A stretch of DNA of 62,988 nt, counting the filler, from Rhabdomonas costata (taxonomy: Eukaryota): the NCBI GenBank assembly GCA_019059605.1. It is 39 parts of 39 records of this genome, joined end to end, with 100 filler letters (N's around TTAATTAATTAA, not from the genome) between each part and the next. Parts side by side here need not be neighbours in the genome. Positions count along the whole stretch, not along the records: positions 59,856 to 61,372 come from JAHMHO010014016.1; positions 61,473 to 62,988 come from JAHMHO010014017.1; 37 more parts are not named here. The stretch is one strand, 5' to 3'. A program made the position numbers and the translations under genes. Position 1 is the first letter of the stretch, and each line of letters opens with the position of its first letter. Below are positions 60,601 to 62,988 of the stretch, one piece after another. Under the pieces are notes generated by a model. It was not told the DNA's origin and ran no database searches. It saw nothing but the letters and a program-made list of their open reading frames with translations.

Positions 60601-62988
60601 CTTTCTCGTTGCCTTCCTGTTGTGAGCCCGCCTCCATTGAAGTTCAGGTTCCTTTTCAGGTAGTGTTAATAATCAGTGCTTCTATAGTTTTTTCCACTGT
60701 GTTTTTTTATGATTGTTTGCACACCAGACTGCGATTCGTGCCCACCTTTTGGGTTGGTGGTGTGAAGTTTCTCATTATCTTTTAAGATCTATGTGTAGGT
60801 CACACATGACTATGTGACAAGAATAGAGGGCGCTGAAAATTCTCTCACCCCTTCGCGCCATTGAGTGCAAGGGAAACATTTTGCATGGGGACGGGAATTT
60901 TTCGTCCGTGTCCGTCGTGCAGGATGCTGGCGGCAAATCTGGCACAGGGGGGAGGGCGTGTAGTTTGGGCGGGTTGTTGACGATGGCGTGTCATGCATGT
61001 CTGCCTCAGCCTCATCATCAGTTGAGGCTCCCCGCCGGGGATCTGGCCCGTACACCAATGTCCCCACGAGCTCCCATGGCGGCTCTAGTGTACCTCTGCC
61101 CACAGCGGAAGAAGCCCCGGGAGGGTCCCCGCCATGGTCACAGCCTCTCGGCAAGGAGCCCTCGCAGCACCATCCCCTTTGAGGCGGTATTTACCGTTTT
61201 CTTGCCATGCCGATGCCATCATAAACCCGGAGCTTTTGTCCCCACCGGTCCAACAGACATAGCCACCTCCAGCAAGAGCAGCCATAATAGTAAGAAACCG
61301 TAAATTGAGTGCAATTCTCTTACTTTTGGAGTATTCCTTATTTCAGGCTTGTATGTGTATGTGCAACCACACNNNNNNNNNNNNNNNNNNNNNNNNNNNN
61401 NNNNNNNNNNNNNNNNTTAATTAATTAANNNNNNNNNNNNNNNNNNNNNNNNNNNNNNNNNNNNNNNNNNNNGGGTTGGGTTTGCATTCCTCAAAAGAAA
61501 ACTTGGTGGACGTCAGAATACAAAACCACCCCAGCAACTATGTGCCATCACCCTTTGTTCTGGCTCCCAAAACATGAGTTGGGGCCATTTCGGTCATCTT
61601 TTGTGGGTGTAGGCTGCGTCCCTGGCCCGCTGAATCCGTCATTCCCAGACTCCCAAACTCCAGCTCACTCCATGGTATGGATGCTGGCCTAGTCTTCGTG
61701 GTGGCATATCATGGTGGGGTTGACTTTCAATCCCAAAGTGTACTTTTCCCGCGCGCGGGGATGTCCCCGCGTGGTTCCCTCTCGGACGGCTTTCGTTTTT
61801 TTCGCCTGCTCCAAGTGTAGAGATGCTCTGTTGTGTATGTATGCCAACCCTCCAGGTGTAGTTTCATTGTCTCTGAATGCATGTTTGTGCAGCCTGTGAA
61901 TAGGGTTTGATCTCACCCGCCCGCCGTGTTTGTTAATCGATCTCACCTCACTGCATGTCATTTGTCGCTGTTTTTCTCAGTGATTTGAACGTTCCAAAAT
62001 CCCAATCGACATCCGCACCTTTGCACATTCATCAAGGATTGCTACAAAGGGATAAAAATTTCTCAGCAGTCACCACAAATGCTGCCAAGGAAAAAATATT
62101 GCAATAAACTAGTGTGCAGCCACGCGTCTGTCCTTTGGAGTATATCCTCTCCTCTCCTCTCCTCTCCGGGACTACAGCGTCTTGAAACTCAACGAGTGTA
62201 ATGATTTTCGGAAGTCCAATGCAGACAAACAGGGTCATCGGCTTGTTCCCGGCACTGCCACACAACCATCTCATCAGATCACCAATATCTTGTGCGGGAA
62301 TCCCATTATCGAGAACATCGGTGCGCGTCGTGTATTGATATTTGGGCGCCTTTGCCTTTGCCTTTGCCTTTGTAAAAGCCCTTTTGGCCAGGCTCCCTCC
62401 GTTCTTTGCTCGCGCCCCACGGTGCCTGCCTTTGGGTTTGTGGGCGCACTCATTCCAGTGCAGCGTTCGATCCCATAACGGGCTTTTCGAAGCGGCCATT
62501 ACCTTGAACTTCCCCTCCGTGATGCGCGTTCCATTCATTTTGCTTTCCCCTACATTTACCGGCGCTGTAGCATAAAAACCCGTGGAAAGTGATTCTGCAT
62601 CTGAAACCCAAACCTTTACCGTTACCGGCGATAACAAAGCGGGGAGGGGGGAAGCGCACTCTAACAAGGCACGTGTTCTACCGCCTTTGGGCGGCAAACC
62701 GCGAAACCAAGGAAAAAAGCCAAAGGCGCACATACGTCCGGCAAACGTCAACGATCTTCTCGAGCAAGAATGTATGTACACACCGACCGTTTATAACCAA
62801 TCAAAAGGGCAGAACCTTTAGGACGCAGTCCAAACGACGTTACCTAATAGAGAGGGGGGAAACGCGCAAGCAAAGACCATAGGCGGACGCGGATGTCAAA
62901 GCCGTGGGGCCCGGGCCGCCCGGGACCAAGGCAAAGGGAATAGAAGGATGGAGGGGATGGGTGGGCGCTAAAGATGGTTGAAAGAGGC

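Noticed and set aside
1520-61472. Regularly spaced TTAATTAATTAA palindromes resembling a repeat-spacer array
   Set aside because: Embedded in N runs; an artificial six-frame-stop linker. Gene neighbourhood across linkers carries no information.

Overview
This window is not a contiguous locus. It is 39 unrelated contigs of about 1.5 kb, joined by 38 artificial 100-nt linkers (44 N + TTAATTAATTAA + 44 N). Many contigs start with G/T-only runs and end with A/C-only runs, and three carry terminal fold-back inversions, which points to whole-genome-amplified material. The DNA is from an intron-rich eukaryote: short GC3-rich exons, GT-AG introns and Ty3/Gypsy LTR retrotransposon debris. The gene content is compatible with a euglenozoan protist, but that is inference. 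Recognisable spliced gene fragments are an eIF4E paralog, an RRM protein, a calpain domain III exon, CWF19L1, an SLC35 nucleotide-sugar transporter, ALDH, a SAP-like domain protein, a Cys-rich/LRR-like surface protein, a response-regulator receiver domain, a Ser/Thr kinase, a PBP1-type receptor ectodomain and a TcdA-like ThiF protein. The most notable find is an intron-containing homolog of IcmF, the bacterial-type B12-dependent fused isobutyryl-CoA mutase. Two frame-restoring micro-exons (14 nt and 7 nt), tRNA-iMet-primed LTR elements and a (TTAG)n-tailed repeat family are also inferred. All family assignments come from motif recognition by eye; no searches were run.
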